Part shown: positions 1 through 12,989 of the stretch, piece after piece
Numbering within the stretch: position 1 is the stretch's first letter
How the letters are laid out: each line of letters opens with the position of its first letter
Assembly: GCA_963804955.1 (NCBI GenBank)
Contig: CAWDSQ010000016.1
Location: forward strand, 32,001 to 96,000
From: an uncultured delta proteobacterium
Lineage (GTDB): Bacteria; Desulfobacterota; WTBG01; CAIYCZ01; CAIRTM01
Length of the DNA: 64,000 nt
Direction of reading: 5' to 3'
Notes under the pieces: generated by a model
What the model was told of the DNA's origin: nothing
What the model saw: the letters and a program-made list of their open reading frames with translations, nothing else
Database searches by the model: none
Program-made: the position numbers and the translations under genes

Positions 1-137
1 GGGGAAACCGTATGAGCTTGAAATAACATGATTTTTTTCATGGCTTCCAGCCGTCGCATTGAATGCTGCAAGAAAGGGCAAATAAGGATAGTGCAAATTG
101 CAAGGCGGGGTAGAGAAACAAAAAACGCACTGAGCGG

Positions 138-1493
138 CTATATACCGTACTCCTTGCGCTTGCGCCAAAGAGTTGCCTGGTCTATGCCCAGCACGTCGGC
201 GGCTTCCTGCAGGGATTTTGTTGCGGCAAGCACGCGGCGAATATGCTGCTCTTCGATCTGTTTCAGCGGAACCGGGTTCCCCAGTTGCGGGAGAGCTTCA
301 CCGGAACCGATGCCAGAGGGAAAGTATGCGCTACCCACCGTATCCGCCGGGCAGAGTATGGCGGCGCGCTCAATCACATTGCGAAGCTCCCTGATATTGC
401 CCGGCCATGAATAGCACTTCAGGGCATGGAGCGCACCAGCGGTAAATCCTTTAAAAAGACGATGATTGCAGCGACCGAAAAACACAAGCAACCGCTGGGA
501 AAGGCTCTCTATATCTTCCTGACGTTCACGCAGCGGTGGAATCTCAATCTCAATAACATTGAGCCGGTAGAAAAGATCTTCACGAAACCGGCCATCGGCA
601 ACTGCCTGCTCAAGATTGATATTTGTTGCCGCAATGACCCGCACATCAGCCCTGCGGGTCACATACTCGCCCACGCGCTCGTACTCCCGCTCCTGAATAA
701 AGCGCAGCAGCTTGGGCTGTAGTGCGAGGGGCAAATCCCCGATTTCATCAAGCAGCAGCGTGCCTCCTTCGCAGGCAGCTATTCTTCCCGTGTTGTCGCG
801 CACGGCGCCGGTGAAGGCCCCTTTGACATGGCCGAAAAGCTCGCTCTCGAGCAGCTCCGGGGTAAGCGTCGGGCAGGATACAACGCCGAAGGGTTTCTGC
901 GCGCGCCTGCTCCAGCTGTGCAGCATACGGGCTAGGACGGTTTTCCCGGTGCCGCTCTCGCCCCGCAGCAGAACAGTGGCATCCGAGGGCGCAACCTGAC
1001 GGGCAACAGTAATTGCCTGCTGCATGTTCTGGCTGGTGGTGGAAAAATCGACTTCCGGATTCAAGCGGCCAACATCCTCCTGCAGAGCGGAAACTTTCTG
1101 CTCAAGAGAAAGAATTTCTGTGACCTTGCTGACAGAGAGCTTCACCTGCGCCGGAGTAAAAGGTTTGGGGATATAGTCGGTTGCGCCGCGGCGCATGGCC
1201 TCGACAGCCGTATCAATGGAAGCATAGGCAGTGATGACAATGATTTTCAGCCAGGAAATTTTTGTCAGCAGCTGCGGAATAAGATCAAGGCCGTCTGCCG
1301 TGCCCAGGCGCAGATCGACGAAGGCAAGCTCAAAGGAGCGGCGTGACGCTTCGGCCACGGCATCCTCAAAGTTGCTGACGGCAACAACGCTGTGGCCCTC
1401 CGTTTCCAGACACACGGCAAGTGTCTTGCGGATATTTATTTCATCATCCACAACAAGAATATTTAATTTTTGTGGTATCTTTGTATCAGGCAT
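138..1493 (-). CDS. Sigma-54-dependent response regulator (NtrC/AlgB-like: receiver + AAA+ + Fis HTH)
   Basis: Receiver (VVDD...DLRL...KP), Walker A GESGTGKT, GAFTGA loop, C-terminal HTH 'AADVLGIDQATLWRK'. Confidence 0.95.
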   Translation of the reverse strand: MPDTKIPQKLNILVVDDEINIRKTLAVCLETEGHSVVAVSNFEDAVAEASRRSFELAFVDLRLGTADGLDLIPQLLTKISWLKIIVITAYASIDTAVEAMRRGATDYIPKPFTPAQVKLSVSKVTEILSLEQKVSALQEDVGRLNPEVDFSTTSQNMQQAITVARQVAPSDATVLLRGESGTGKTVLARMLHSWSRRAQKPFGVVSCPTLTPELLESELFGHVKGAFTGAVRDNTGRIAACEGGTLLLDEIGDLPLALQPKLLRFIQEREYERVGEYVTRRADVRVIAATNINLEQAVADGRFREDLFYRLNVIEIEIPPLRERQEDIESLSQRLLVFFGRCNHRLFKGFTAGALHALKCYSWPGNIRELRNVIERAAILCPADTVGSAYFPSGIGSGEALPQLGNPVPLKQIEEQHIRRVLAATKSLQEAADVLGIDQATLWRKRKEYGI

Positions 1494-1556
1494 GAGCGAG
1501 CTATACTCCAGTTCTTTTATACCGTCAATTATAGAATAAGAGCCATAGTGTATTCA

Positions 1557-2525
1557 TTACCGTGGCCGCAGGTACATGGTCTGGGTCTGATGTTCAAGCT
1601 CGGCCCATTTCTTTTTGTAGGGCACGGCCATGCCGAGGTCATAGAGTTCTGCATGCTCACGGCACAGCCATTCAAGCATCTTGAGCTGCAGCACATTGCC
1701 GAGCGACAGGCTGCGGTGCCGGTCGTCGAAGCTGAACTGCAGGCCCCGGAACCTGCCGTTTACAACTGCACCGTGCAGATACCCTATCTGCCGGCCGTCG
1801 AGCTCGGCTACTATCACGCGCAGCAGCCCTGCCGGGCCAATGCGCTCGAACATATGCCGGTAGAAGTCCTTCATGGGGGGCTTATCAGCGCCTTCGCCGC
1901 TTTGCCCCTTCCAGCTGCGGCTTTCTATGGCGAGCAGCTCGCTGTAGAATGCCGTCACGGTATCTGCAGGCGCCCGGTCAATACAGCGGAGCAGAACTCC
2001 TGCGTCTGCCACACGCTGAGCAGCCCTTCGCATATTAACCCTGAATTTGGATGATCGCCGGGAAAGAAATCCTTCCATGCCGCCCTGCAAAGAGGCCACG
2101 CAGCGGCTTACAGGATTGAGCAGAAAGGCCCGGTGGGTGGATGCGGTCCGGCCGGCAACGGCGTCAAGAAACGCCCGGTCATTGGGCAGGCCGTAGAGGA
2201 TAAGATGCCCCTGATGCAGACTGTCGCGGCAGATGCTGCCAAGCATCCGGGGGGACTGCCCGCCAACAAGGGCTGTGGCAAAACCCCACATGGAATCCAC
2301 TGACGAAAACAGCTGTTTTTCTTCTGCGGGCCGGCCTTGAGCCAGCACGACAAAGCTTTCTTGCTCGTGCCAGATATGCAGCGGCGCCCGTGGGGTGAAA
2401 GAAGCATGAAACGGCAGAATCCAGTCGGTGCGGCTGCAATAGGGGTCAATACCGGCGAAGGCCGCCACCGCCCCGTTATAGGTCTGCGCCTGCTGCTGAA
2501 ATTCGGTACTATCAAGCTGCTGCAT
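1557..2525 (-). CDS. GNAT family N-acetyltransferase (CelD/BcsL-like)
   Basis: 'FLSRRSSKFRVNMRR', 'IESRSWKG', 'SLSLGNVLQ...YDLG...YKKKW' pattern of this GNAT subfamily. Confidence 0.7.
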   Translation of the reverse strand: MQQLDSTEFQQQAQTYNGAVAAFAGIDPYCSRTDWILPFHASFTPRAPLHIWHEQESFVVLAQGRPAEEKQLFSSVDSMWGFATALVGGQSPRMLGSICRDSLHQGHLILYGLPNDRAFLDAVAGRTASTHRAFLLNPVSRCVASLQGGMEGFLSRRSSKFRVNMRRAAQRVADAGVLLRCIDRAPADTVTAFYSELLAIESRSWKGQSGEGADKPPMKDFYRHMFERIGPAGLLRVIVAELDGRQIGYLHGAVVNGRFRGLQFSFDDRHRSLSLGNVLQLKMLEWLCREHAELYDLGMAVPYKKKWAELEHQTQTMYLRPR

Positions 2526-2560
2526 ATCAGACCAGTCTGCCGTCAGCGCAACAGGTTGTG

Positions 2561-3217
2561 TCAGGAAACTTTTTTCAGATTTTCAATGTCCTCGAGCCGG
2601 CCCACCACGAGCATGGTATCGCTGTCTTTGATGGTGTAGTCTGCCGGCGGCACGACGATAAGATTTTCCGGCACCAGCTCCTTGATGGCAAGCACCTGCA
2701 CGTTATATTTCTTGCGGATATCCAGCTCACGCAGCGATTTATGCATAAACTCTTCGGGCGGAGCAAGCTGCACGATGCTGTAGTCGGGCCCGAGGCTCAG
2801 GGTGTCGATGACATTCGGGTTTGCCAGCTGCTCGGCGATCTTGGCCGCCACATCGCGCTCGGGAAAAATCACTTCGGTGGCGCCGATGATATGGAGAATT
2901 TTGCCGTGATCTTCAGTGATTGCCTTCACGATGATGTTTCTGACCTTGAGCTCCTTGAGATACAGCGTGATCAGGATGCTCATGTCGATCTTATCGCCGA
3001 CGCTGACGATAACCGCATCCATGTCCTGAACGCCGATCTGCTCCAGCACCTCCTTATTGGTGGCGTCGGCAATCACGACTTTTTCAACATAGGGCTTCAT
3101 GCGCTCGACCTGGATTTCATCCATGTCGATGCCCAGCACCTCCAGCCCCCGCTCGGCAAGATACCGTGCGGTGAAATGGCCGAAGCTCCCCAGTCCGATC
3201 ACTGCAAAATTTCTCAT
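2561..3217 (-). CDS. ktrA: TrkA/KtrA potassium uptake RCK subunit
   Basis: N-terminal GLGSFG Rossmann motif, TrkA-C domain; adjacent to a TrkH/KtrB gene. Confidence 0.9.
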   Translation of the reverse strand: MRNFAVIGLGSFGHFTARYLAERGLEVLGIDMDEIQVERMKPYVEKVVIADATNKEVLEQIGVQDMDAVIVSVGDKIDMSILITLYLKELKVRNIIVKAITEDHGKILHIIGATEVIFPERDVAAKIAEQLANPNVIDTLSLGPDYSIVQLAPPEEFMHKSLRELDIRKKYNVQVLAIKELVPENLIVVPPADYTIKDSDTMLVVGRLEDIENLKKVS

Positions 3218-3239
3218 AATCCACTCTCCCTGGAATTGC

Positions 3240-3264
3240 GGGCAGGTTTAAAACCTGCCCCTAC
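3240..3264 (-). repeat. GTAG-tagged REP-like palindrome
   Basis: Minus strand GTAGGGGCAGGTTTTAAACCTGCCC; same family as 23016 and 50821. Confidence 0.7.
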
Positions 3265-3301
3265 GCATAAATTTAAATCCCTCAATGCCTCAATCTATTA
3301 A

Positions 3302-4660
3302 TCATCCAATGAGTATATTCTCTTCTTCCGGATAGCGGTATGCCTTTTTTTTGCCGGCGCCCGCAAGCTCGATAGCAAGAGTGAGAGGCCCCACGCGGCC
3401 GATGTACATGAGCAGAATCAGAATGATGCGGCCCGGGTCCTTGATTGACGGCTGTGATGCCGGTGCTTAAGCCCACGGTGCCGAAGGCCGATGTCGCCTC
3501 AAACAGAAACTCGAGAAACTTTCCCTTTGTCTGCGGCATGCGGCGTTTGCCCCACTTCAAACAGCAGCAGAAAAAGGGTGGAGACCAGAATAAGAACGCC
3601 TGAAAAGGCTGCAATCGACACGGCCCGCGACATGATATCCGGAGAAATACGGCGGCCCATGAGGTTTATGTCTTCCTGATCGCGAAATTTCGCTGCAATC
3701 AGGGCCAGCAGCACGGTAAAGGTGGTTGTCTTGACGCCGCCGCCGGTGGAGGCGGGTGAGGCGCCGACAAACATAAGAAAAATAGTGAACAACAAGTGTT
3801 GCATCGGTGAGCTGGCCATAGTCGACCGTATTGAAGCCGCAGGTGCGGGGCGTAACCGACTGAAACAGCGACACGAGTATTTTGGCTTTCCACGACATTG
3901 GTTCAGCACATTGAACCATTCAAAAAGCATGAAAACAATGGCGCCGCCGAGTATGAGCCAGAGTGTTGTCCGGAGCACGAGCCGGGAGTGAAAGTTAAAT
4001 GCCGATTTTTTGCCCTGTATGCGGCTGCGCAGGGTGCGATAGACATCAAATATAACAATAAAGCCCAGGCCCCCCATCACCAGCAATACCGATATCGTGA
4101 GGTTCACGATCTGTTGTCATAATACTTCATGAGGTTGTCGGGAAACAGCGAAAAGCCGGCATTGCAGAATGCCGACACGGAATGAAAAATCGCAAGATAG
4201 GCCGCATGGCCCAGAGGATAGTCTCTGGCAAAGACGTTAAACAGAAAAACAGCGCCAATGGCCTCGATAAAAAGCGTGACGCCGAAAACCGACAGCAGCA
4301 GCGCGCCCATGTCTTTTACCGGGTGCTGGCTCAGGCTCTGCAGAACTATTTCGCGGTTGCGGATGGAGAGGCGGTGAGAAAGTAAATAAATGAAAAATGT
4401 TGAAAAAGTCATGATCCCGAGGCCGCCGGCCTGTATAAGGCCGAGCACCACGAGCTGGCCGAACACGGTCAGGCGCGTGCCGATGTCAAAAACCGCAAGG
4501 CCGGTGACACAGGTGGCAGAGGTCGTGGTGAAAAGCGCTTCGATAAATCCCACGGGCTTGCCCACAGAGGAAATGGGCAGCATAAGCAGGAATGCGCCGA
4601 AAAGTATAATGGCGGCAAAGCTCAGCAGAATGAGCTGCGAGGGTGTGATTTTCCACTTCA
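3302..4660 (-). CDS. ktrB: TrkH/KtrB potassium uptake permease (split by several frameshifts, probably sequencing errors)
   Basis: Pore motifs [37 protein letters not shown] spread over 4-5 ORFs; ends [10 protein letters not shown]. Confidence 0.88.
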
Positions 4661-4762
4661 TAAAATTTTTGAGCCCATAAAAAAAGTCATTCCGAAAACG
4701 GAATGACAAAAAAATTATAGTGCAGTCTGTTCAGGAGCGCAACAGATTTTTATTCGGGGATT

Positions 4763-5852
4763 TTATTCGATATAGCCGAGCTGCTCCAGCTGGCGGCGGA
4801 TGGCCTGGTGGCTGTCGCCGGCGGCAAAAACATTGTATTTTTTAAAGTTTACAAACACCTGCTCCCCCACCCGCCATATATATTTTGAAAACTCCAGGGC
4901 CGTGAGGCTGAAATCCTTCAAGCTGCAGATCAACCTCGGTGACGCTGCCCTTGTAGCGTATGCCGGTGACTACGGCAGGGATGGCATGCGGGCCTTCGGC
5001 GACGTGCTGCAGGCCGATATCTTCAGGCCGCACCAGCAGCACGATATCCCCCGACGGCGCATCATAACCTGCGGGCCTGTGAAGCCGGGCCTGCGTGCCG
5101 TGCACGAAAATGGCTTCGCCTTCAAGGTGCGCGTCGATGATATTGATATTGCCGATAAAGCTTGCGACGAATTTATTGGAGGGCTCCTCATAGACATCGC
5201 GAGCCGCTCCGATCTGCTCCACGCGGCCCTTGTTGATGACGATGATCTTATCGGAAATTTCCATGGCTTCGTTCTGGTCGTGGGTGACGAAAATGCTCGT
5301 CACATTGAGCTTGTCATGCATGTTGCGCAGCCACCCAACGAGGCTTTCGCGCACCTTCAGGTCCAGAGCTGCAAACGGCTCATCCAGCAGCAGTATGGCG
5401 GGCTCGGCCGCAAGAGCGCGGGCAAGGGCAACGCGCTGGCGCTGGCCGCCCGAAAGCTGCGAGGGGTAGTGCCGGGCATAGCCGCGCATCTTTACAAGAT
5501 CGATGAGGTGGCCGACCCGGTCGGCAATCTCCTTTTTGCTTTTCTTCTGCACGTTCAGGGCAAAGGCTATATTCTGCTCAGCGGTCATATGCTTAAACAG
5601 GGCATAGTGCTGAAAGACAAAGCCCACACGCCGCTGCCGGGCGGACATGGCATTCATGTTGACGCCGTTAAAAACGACCGCGCCCGTATCGGGCGTCTCA
5701 AGCCCGGCTATGACCCGCAGCAGCGTGCTCTTGCCGCAGCCGCTGGGCCCGAGCAGGGCCACCAGCTCGCCTGTTTGTACCTCGAAGCTCACACCGTCAA
5801 CGGCGACAAAGTCGCCGAAACGCTTGCTCACGTTTTGAATGCTGATACCCAT
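4763..5852 (-). CDS. cysA: Sulfate/thiosulfate ABC transporter ATP-binding subunit (C-terminal frameshift)
   Basis: GPSGCGKST, VGFVFQHYALFKHMT, LSGGQRQR, LLLDEPF; TOBE-like tail continues in another frame. Confidence 0.9.
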
Positions 5853-5853
5853 A

Positions 5854-6648
5854 TCACACCTTGCGTTTGGAAAAAATATACTGCATGGCAATCAAAATAA
5901 TAAATGAAACGGCCGCGAGCACCATGGCGGCTGCGCAGGCGCCGGTAAAGTCGAAGTCCATGAACTTGTGATGAATCAGCAGGGTGGCGGTCTGCGTTTT
6001 ATTGATGATGCCGCCGCTGACCACGATCACCGCGCCGAACTCGCCGATGGCGCGGGCGATGGTCAGGGTGATGCCGTAGATCATGCCCCATTTGATGGAA
6101 GGCAGGGTCACCTTCCAGAAGGTCTGCCACCGCGAAGCCCCGAGCACATAGGCAGCCTCCTCCTGGTCGATGCCGTATTCGCGCAGCACCGGCACTACCT
6201 CGCGCACCACGAAGGGAAACGTGACAAAAAGCGTTGCGAGCAGCATGCCGGGGAAGGCGTAGATGATTTTTATATTCTGCGCGTCAAACCAGCTGCCGAT
6301 CCAGCCCCGCGGCCCGAACAGAATGATGAACATAAAGCCCGCGATGACCGGAGACACGGCAAAGGGCAGGTCGATGATGCCCTCTAGAAAAACCTTGCCG
6401 CGGAAGCTGTGCCGCACGAGTATAAAAGACAGCATGGTGCCGAAAATTGTGTTGATGACCACCGAGCCCAGAGTCAGCCAGAACGTGAGCATGAAAGCCC
6501 GCAGGGCCGTGGGCTGGCGCAGCAGTTCGGCAAGCGAGGACAGGCCGTTTGTCCAGACCTCGCGCACGATGCCCGACAGGGGCAGCAGCACCAGCACGCT
6601 GATCCAGCCAAGCACAAGCACCATGAGAATTCTATCACCTCTCTTCAT
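5854..6648 (-). CDS. cysW: Sulfate ABC transporter permease CysW
   Basis: DLPFAVSPVIAG, EEAAYVLGAS EAA loop, ARAIGEFGAV. Confidence 0.92.
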   Translation of the reverse strand: MKRGDRILMVLVLGWISVLVLLPLSGIVREVWTNGLSSLAELLRQPTALRAFMLTFWLTLGSVVINTIFGTMLSFILVRHSFRGKVFLEGIIDLPFAVSPVIAGFMFIILFGPRGWIGSWFDAQNIKIIYAFPGMLLATLFVTFPFVVREVVPVLREYGIDQEEAAYVLGASRWQTFWKVTLPSIKWGMIYGITLTIARAIGEFGAVIVVSGGIINKTQTATLLIHHKFMDFDFTGACAAAMVLAAVSFIILIAMQYIFSKRKV

Positions 6649-7459
6649 GCCGCCTGTTCCAATACTGGATAAAGTTGAGCAGCAGAAGCACGGCAAATGA
6701 ACATGCCAGCAGAATAAACGAAACGCCTGTTGCGCCCGGCACATTGGAGCTCTCTATTTCACCATACACATACACCGCCGCAACCTGCGTTTTAAACGGA
6801 ATATTGCCCGCCACAATGACCACCGAGCCGAACTCTCCCAGGGCCCGGCTGAAGGAAAGGGCTGCGCCGGTTATGATGGACGGAAGAAGCGTCGGCAGAA
6901 TGACCTTCCTGAAAATCTGCACAGGCGAAGCCCCGAGGGTCATGGCCGCCTCTTCTATCTCCTTCTCCATTTCTTCAAGCACGGGCTGCACGCTGCGCAC
7001 CACGAAGGGGAAAGTCACGAACAGCAGCGCGATCAGAATGCCGGGGCTGTTGTAGATGATCTCCAGATTAAATGTGTTCTGCATGAATGCGCCGATAAAG
7101 CTTCGCGGGCCGTACAGCGCCACCAGCATAATGCCGGTTACGATTGTCGGAATGGCAAAAGGCAGATCGATAATAGCATTTATTTCGCGCTTGAACGGAA
7201 AATCGCAGCGCACAAGCACCCAGGCCGTGGCTGTTCCGGTGATGACATTAACAATGGCGATAATGAGGGCCAGGATAAGCGTGATCTTCAGCGAGAAAAG
7301 CGCCTGTGGCAGGGTTATTTCCTGCCACAGCAGCGCAACGCCGCCATCAAAGGCTTTACAGCTTATGGCGACAACGGGCAGGACTATGAGCAGAGCTATA
7401 TAGCTCAGCGTTATGCCCCGCAGAATCAGCCCGGCCGGCGTCGATTTATTTTCCTTCAT
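6635..7459 (-). CDS. cysT: Sulfate ABC transporter permease CysT
   Basis: DLPFAIPTIVTG, PFVVRSVQPVL, EEAAMTLGAS, FSRALGEFGSV. Confidence 0.92.
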   Translation of the reverse strand: MKENKSTPAGLILRGITLSYIALLIVLPVVAISCKAFDGGVALLWQEITLPQALFSLKITLILALIIAIVNVITGTATAWVLVRCDFPFKREINAIIDLPFAIPTIVTGIMLVALYGPRSFIGAFMQNTFNLEIIYNSPGILIALLFVTFPFVVRSVQPVLEEMEKEIEEAAMTLGASPVQIFRKVILPTLLPSIITGAALSFSRALGEFGSVVIVAGNIPFKTQVAAVYVYGEIESSNVPGATGVSFILLACSFAVLLLLNFIQYWNRRHEER

Positions 7460-8481
7460 GTGCCAGTTCTTGAATTATTTTGGTCCACACGCCCTCGGGG
7501 CCATAGAGGTCCTTCTGAACCGCCGGCCAGCCGCCGAGATATTTCATGTCAAATAAATACTGCGGCACGGGGTATTTTGCCGCGAATTCTTTGGCCACCT
7601 CAGTGTCGATGGAGCGAAACCCGTAGCGTGCAAAGGAGCGCTGCGCCTCTTTCCCGAGAAGAAATTCCAAAAAGGCTTCAGCCACCGCTCTGTTGCCGTG
7701 CTTGTCTATGTATTTATCCACAAGCGCCACTGGATTTTCAATAAGAATCGTCGCCGGTGGCACAACAAAAGGGAAATCCTTGCCCTGCTTCTGCCGAAGA
7801 AGGGCTTCATTCTCATAGGTGACCAGAGCGTCACCTATGCCGTTTTCAAAGGTGCCGACCGATTCCCTGCCCGACTTGTCCATCACTTTCACGCGGCGCT
7901 GAATGGCTCTTCAACAGTTCGCGGGCATAGGCCTTGTCCGGCGCGCCGTTTTTTACTTCAGTCAGTTTAAGCCCTGCGCCGTAGATGGCATTTACATCCC
8001 ACATGGCCCCTCCCGAGGTTTTGGGGCTGGGGTAGAGCACAGCCACATCGTCGCGCTTCAGATCATCCCAGTCCTTAATATTCTTGGGGTTGCCGGGCCG
8101 GTACGCAATGACCACGGTAGAGCGCGTAACGAACCCGCCGGTTTTGCCTGTTTTCCAGTCATGGGTGATCAGGCCGGCGCGTTTGATGACGTCGATATCT
8201 TCTTCAAGGGACAGTGCTGCTATATCTGCTTCAAAGCCGGAGGAAATGGCACGGCCCTGGGCGCCGGATGCCTCATAGGACTCTTGTATGGTCACCGTCT
8301 GGCCGGTCTTTTCTTTCCAGTATTTCTGAAATGCCGGTATGATTTCTTTCTGATATGCGTCCTTTGGAACCGTATAGGCGCCAATGGTCAGCGTCACGTC
8401 CTGAGCCCCCTGCTCTGCAGGCTTCCCGCATGCGCACAGCATGAGGGCAAGCAGAAGAATCAAAGCTTTGCAATTTTTCAT
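7446..8481 (-). CDS. sbp: Sulfate ABC transporter substrate-binding lipoprotein (one frameshift near 7900)
   Basis: Lipobox LCAC; SYEASGAQGRA, GNPKNIKDWDDL, PSPKTSGGA, YENEA, TILIENPVA motifs across two ORFs. Confidence 0.9.
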
Positions 8482-8930
8482 AGCCTTCTCCTTGTAGTGA
8501 TTTTAAATGCTTAATTCCTGAGTTGCTGCATTATTTGCACATATGCAAAAAAACTGCCGGAGATTCTTCTTTGTACAAAAGTATTCTTCAGCAGCTCAAA
8601 GGTCTCCTTGGCTTCCCATGACATTCTTTTAACACTTCTATAAGAGTCTTATACCGTTTTTTTTTACAAGTAAAGAAGATTTTTGTCCATCATGTAGTCT
8701 GCGTATTACGAAGGGATTAGTTTGTAGATTTCAGTACTGCTTCAAATGACAATATTGACGTTTATTACCACTAATTATGTCAATTTAGCATTAAAACCAT
8801 GCATATTCTTGCATATTTTTCTAGTTCAGCGACTTTCTGCATTGCCAGCTTATCTTCTTTATGATAGGCTCTATGAACCTGATAGATAAACCTCTGCTAC
8901 AGATAACCAGTATTCCTCCAGGTTTTTTAA

Positions 8931-10340
8931 GTGTACAGACATCGCGTAATTACTATATTTTTCCACCTGGCGCTTATTTTTTTGTTATGCGGCGCTTCCC
9001 GGGCTGCAGGCGTCGACAGCCGCGGCTCCCTGCCGCAGCAGGCGCCCATTGAGAACCCCTCTGCGCTGTTCAATGATCGCTTTTTTTACCAGCCTGCACC
9101 TCCGGCAACTTTTACCGCAGCAACATCCGAAGGGCTGGTGACGGTTCAGACAACGCTGCGGGAGGATCTGCAAAAGCGCCTCATGTCCCTTTTTGCGCGC
9201 TCCGGACCCATGATCGCCGCAGCTGTAGCCATTGATGCAAAAACCGGGGCCGTGCTTGCCATGGGCAACAAAACAGCAAAAAACGGGTCGAGCCTGCTGC
9301 CGGAGGGTGCTGACAACTACTGCTTGTACGGCGGTTTCCCGGCGGCATCGCTTGCCAAAATCATTACCGCTGCTGTGGCTCTTGAAAAAAAGGGTTTTAC
9401 TACAGACCATCTTGTGCCGGTGGCCGGACGGTATCACACGCTGTACAGAAGCCAGGTGGGAATTGAACGTTCTCCGTACAAACCCGAGCTGGTTCCTCTT
9501 GATAAGGCTTTTGGCCTGAGCATCAATCCGTATTTCGGAAAAATGTGGCTTGATTCTTTTGCTGATCGCGAGTTTCTGGACATGGGGCAGGGCCTGCTGT
9601 TCAACATGCCTTTGGAGTTTGATCTGCCCGTGACCAAAAGCCGCCTTGTGCCCCCTGCCGACGATTTCCAGCGGGCTGAAGTGGCAAGCGGCTACAATAC
9701 CCGCACAACCATTTCGCCCCTGCATGCAGCTCTCATTGCCGCATTGCCGGCAAATGGCGGGAAACTCATGCGGCCCTATATCATAAACCGGGTCACTGAC
9801 GCAGACGGCAGGCTCCTCTACGCGAACTCAGCCCGGCCGCTCGGCCAGCCCCTGTCTGTGCGCAGCGCTGCGCAGCTCAACGAACTGATGCGGGAAACAG
9901 TGCAGAACGGCACCGCCCGCAATTCTTTTACATATGTGAAGAGGATTGCAGCTGCGAAGGGCTGGACGCTGGGAGGCAAAACAGGGTCTATCGATCTTCC
10001 CGGCCATACGGGCCGCTGTGACTGGTTTGCCGGGTTCGGTCAGGCAGGCCAAAACAGCGTCGCCGTAGCCTGCATTCTCGTGCATGGGGCGCAGCGCACC
10101 ATGCGGTCGTCTTTTGTCGGGGCTGAGCTGATTCGTGGCTGCCTTGACCCTGCAGGCGTTGCTGCTCCGCCGCAGGTCCAGGCGAAGAAAAAGCCCGCGC
10201 CCCGCAAAACAAAGAGCCTGGCCAAGGCAACTCCAAAAGCTTCAACCAAAAAAAAGACAAAGGTCAAAACCCCTGTGCAGCAGGCAGCAAAGCCGGCGAG
10301 CAAAAAAAGACCTGCGTCAACGCCGAATACCGGCGGATAA
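8931..10340 (+). CDS. Penicillin-binding protein, transpeptidase domain with Lys/Ala/Pro-rich tail
   Basis: SxxK (SLAK), SxN (SIN), KTG (GKTGS) motifs; N-terminal hydrophobic anchor. Confidence 0.85.
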   Translation: MYRHRVITIFFHLALIFLLCGASRAAGVDSRGSLPQQAPIENPSALFNDRFFYQPAPPATFTAATSEGLVTVQTTLREDLQKRLMSLFARSGPMIAAAVAIDAKTGAVLAMGNKTAKNGSSLLPEGADNYCLYGGFPAASLAKIITAAVALEKKGFTTDHLVPVAGRYHTLYRSQVGIERSPYKPELVPLDKAFGLSINPYFGKMWLDSFADREFLDMGQGLLFNMPLEFDLPVTKSRLVPPADDFQRAEVASGYNTRTTISPLHAALIAALPANGGKLMRPYIINRVTDADGRLLYANSARPLGQPLSVRSAAQLNELMRETVQNGTARNSFTYVKRIAAAKGWTLGGKTGSIDLPGHTGRCDWFAGFGQAGQNSVAVACILVHGAQRTMRSSFVGAELIRGCLDPAGVAAPPQVQAKKKPAPRKTKSLAKATPKASTKKKTKVKTPVQQAAKPASKKRPASTPNTGG

Positions 10341-10370
10341 AAAAAGCCTGCGCATTGCTGCACAGGCTTA
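10341..10370. terminator. Hairpin between convergent PBP and atpC (terminator, U-tract on minus strand)
   Basis: AAAAAAGCCTGCGCA-TTGC-TGCACAGGCTT. Confidence 0.55.
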
Positions 10371-10396
10371 TGAAACTCCGTTTTTTAAAGCCGCTA

Positions 10397-10669
10397 TCAG
10401 GCAACCAGCTCAGCGCTGCGTGCTACGATGCTCACCCCGTCGCTTGAAACCATGAAAAAGCCCGGGCCGACATTCACCTGGTGATCAATCTTTTCCAGAT
10501 CGCGATACGTGAGTATTCCCGTATCGACCGTGCCCAGAAGAGGGGCATGCTCGGGCATGATGCCGACGGGGCCTGCGCCCGACTTAATGACAACAAATAT
10601 TATTTCTTCGTTGAGCACTGTCTTTTCAGGCGTAACCAGTTCAAGCCGGTAGCTTCTCTTGTCCTTCAT
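10397..10669 (-). CDS. atpC: ATP synthase F1 epsilon subunit (N-terminal beta-sandwich only, 90 aa)
   Basis: LELVTPEK, GIMPEHAPLL, GFFMV motifs; position after atpD. Confidence 0.9.
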   Translation of the reverse strand: MKDKRSYRLELVTPEKTVLNEEIIFVVIKSGAGPVGIMPEHAPLLGTVDTGILTYRDLEKIDHQVNVGPGFFMVSSDGVSIVARSAELVA

Positions 10670-10670
10670 A

Positions 10671-12986
<2,316 letters not shown>

Positions 12987-12989
12987 GAT

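Noticed and set aside
20..103. TGCA-N3-TGCA and IHF-like sequences downstream of the sigma-54 regulator
   Set aside because: Plausible enhancer sites, but the -24/-12 promoter and target gene lie outside the window, so they cannot be supported.
4800..5900. Long antisense ORFs (e.g. 4800-5900 +, 26937-27953 +, 11121-11849 +)
   Set aside because: Shadow ORFs opposite well-supported genes in GC-rich DNA.
8511..8624. 37-codon ORF upstream of sbp (possible leader peptide)
   Set aside because: No convincing RBS, no Cys enrichment, no recognisable homology.
8754..8784. ATTGAC-N19-GTCAAT inverted repeat upstream of the sulfate operon
   Set aside because: Short arms in AT-rich DNA; cannot be distinguished from divergent -35 elements or chance.
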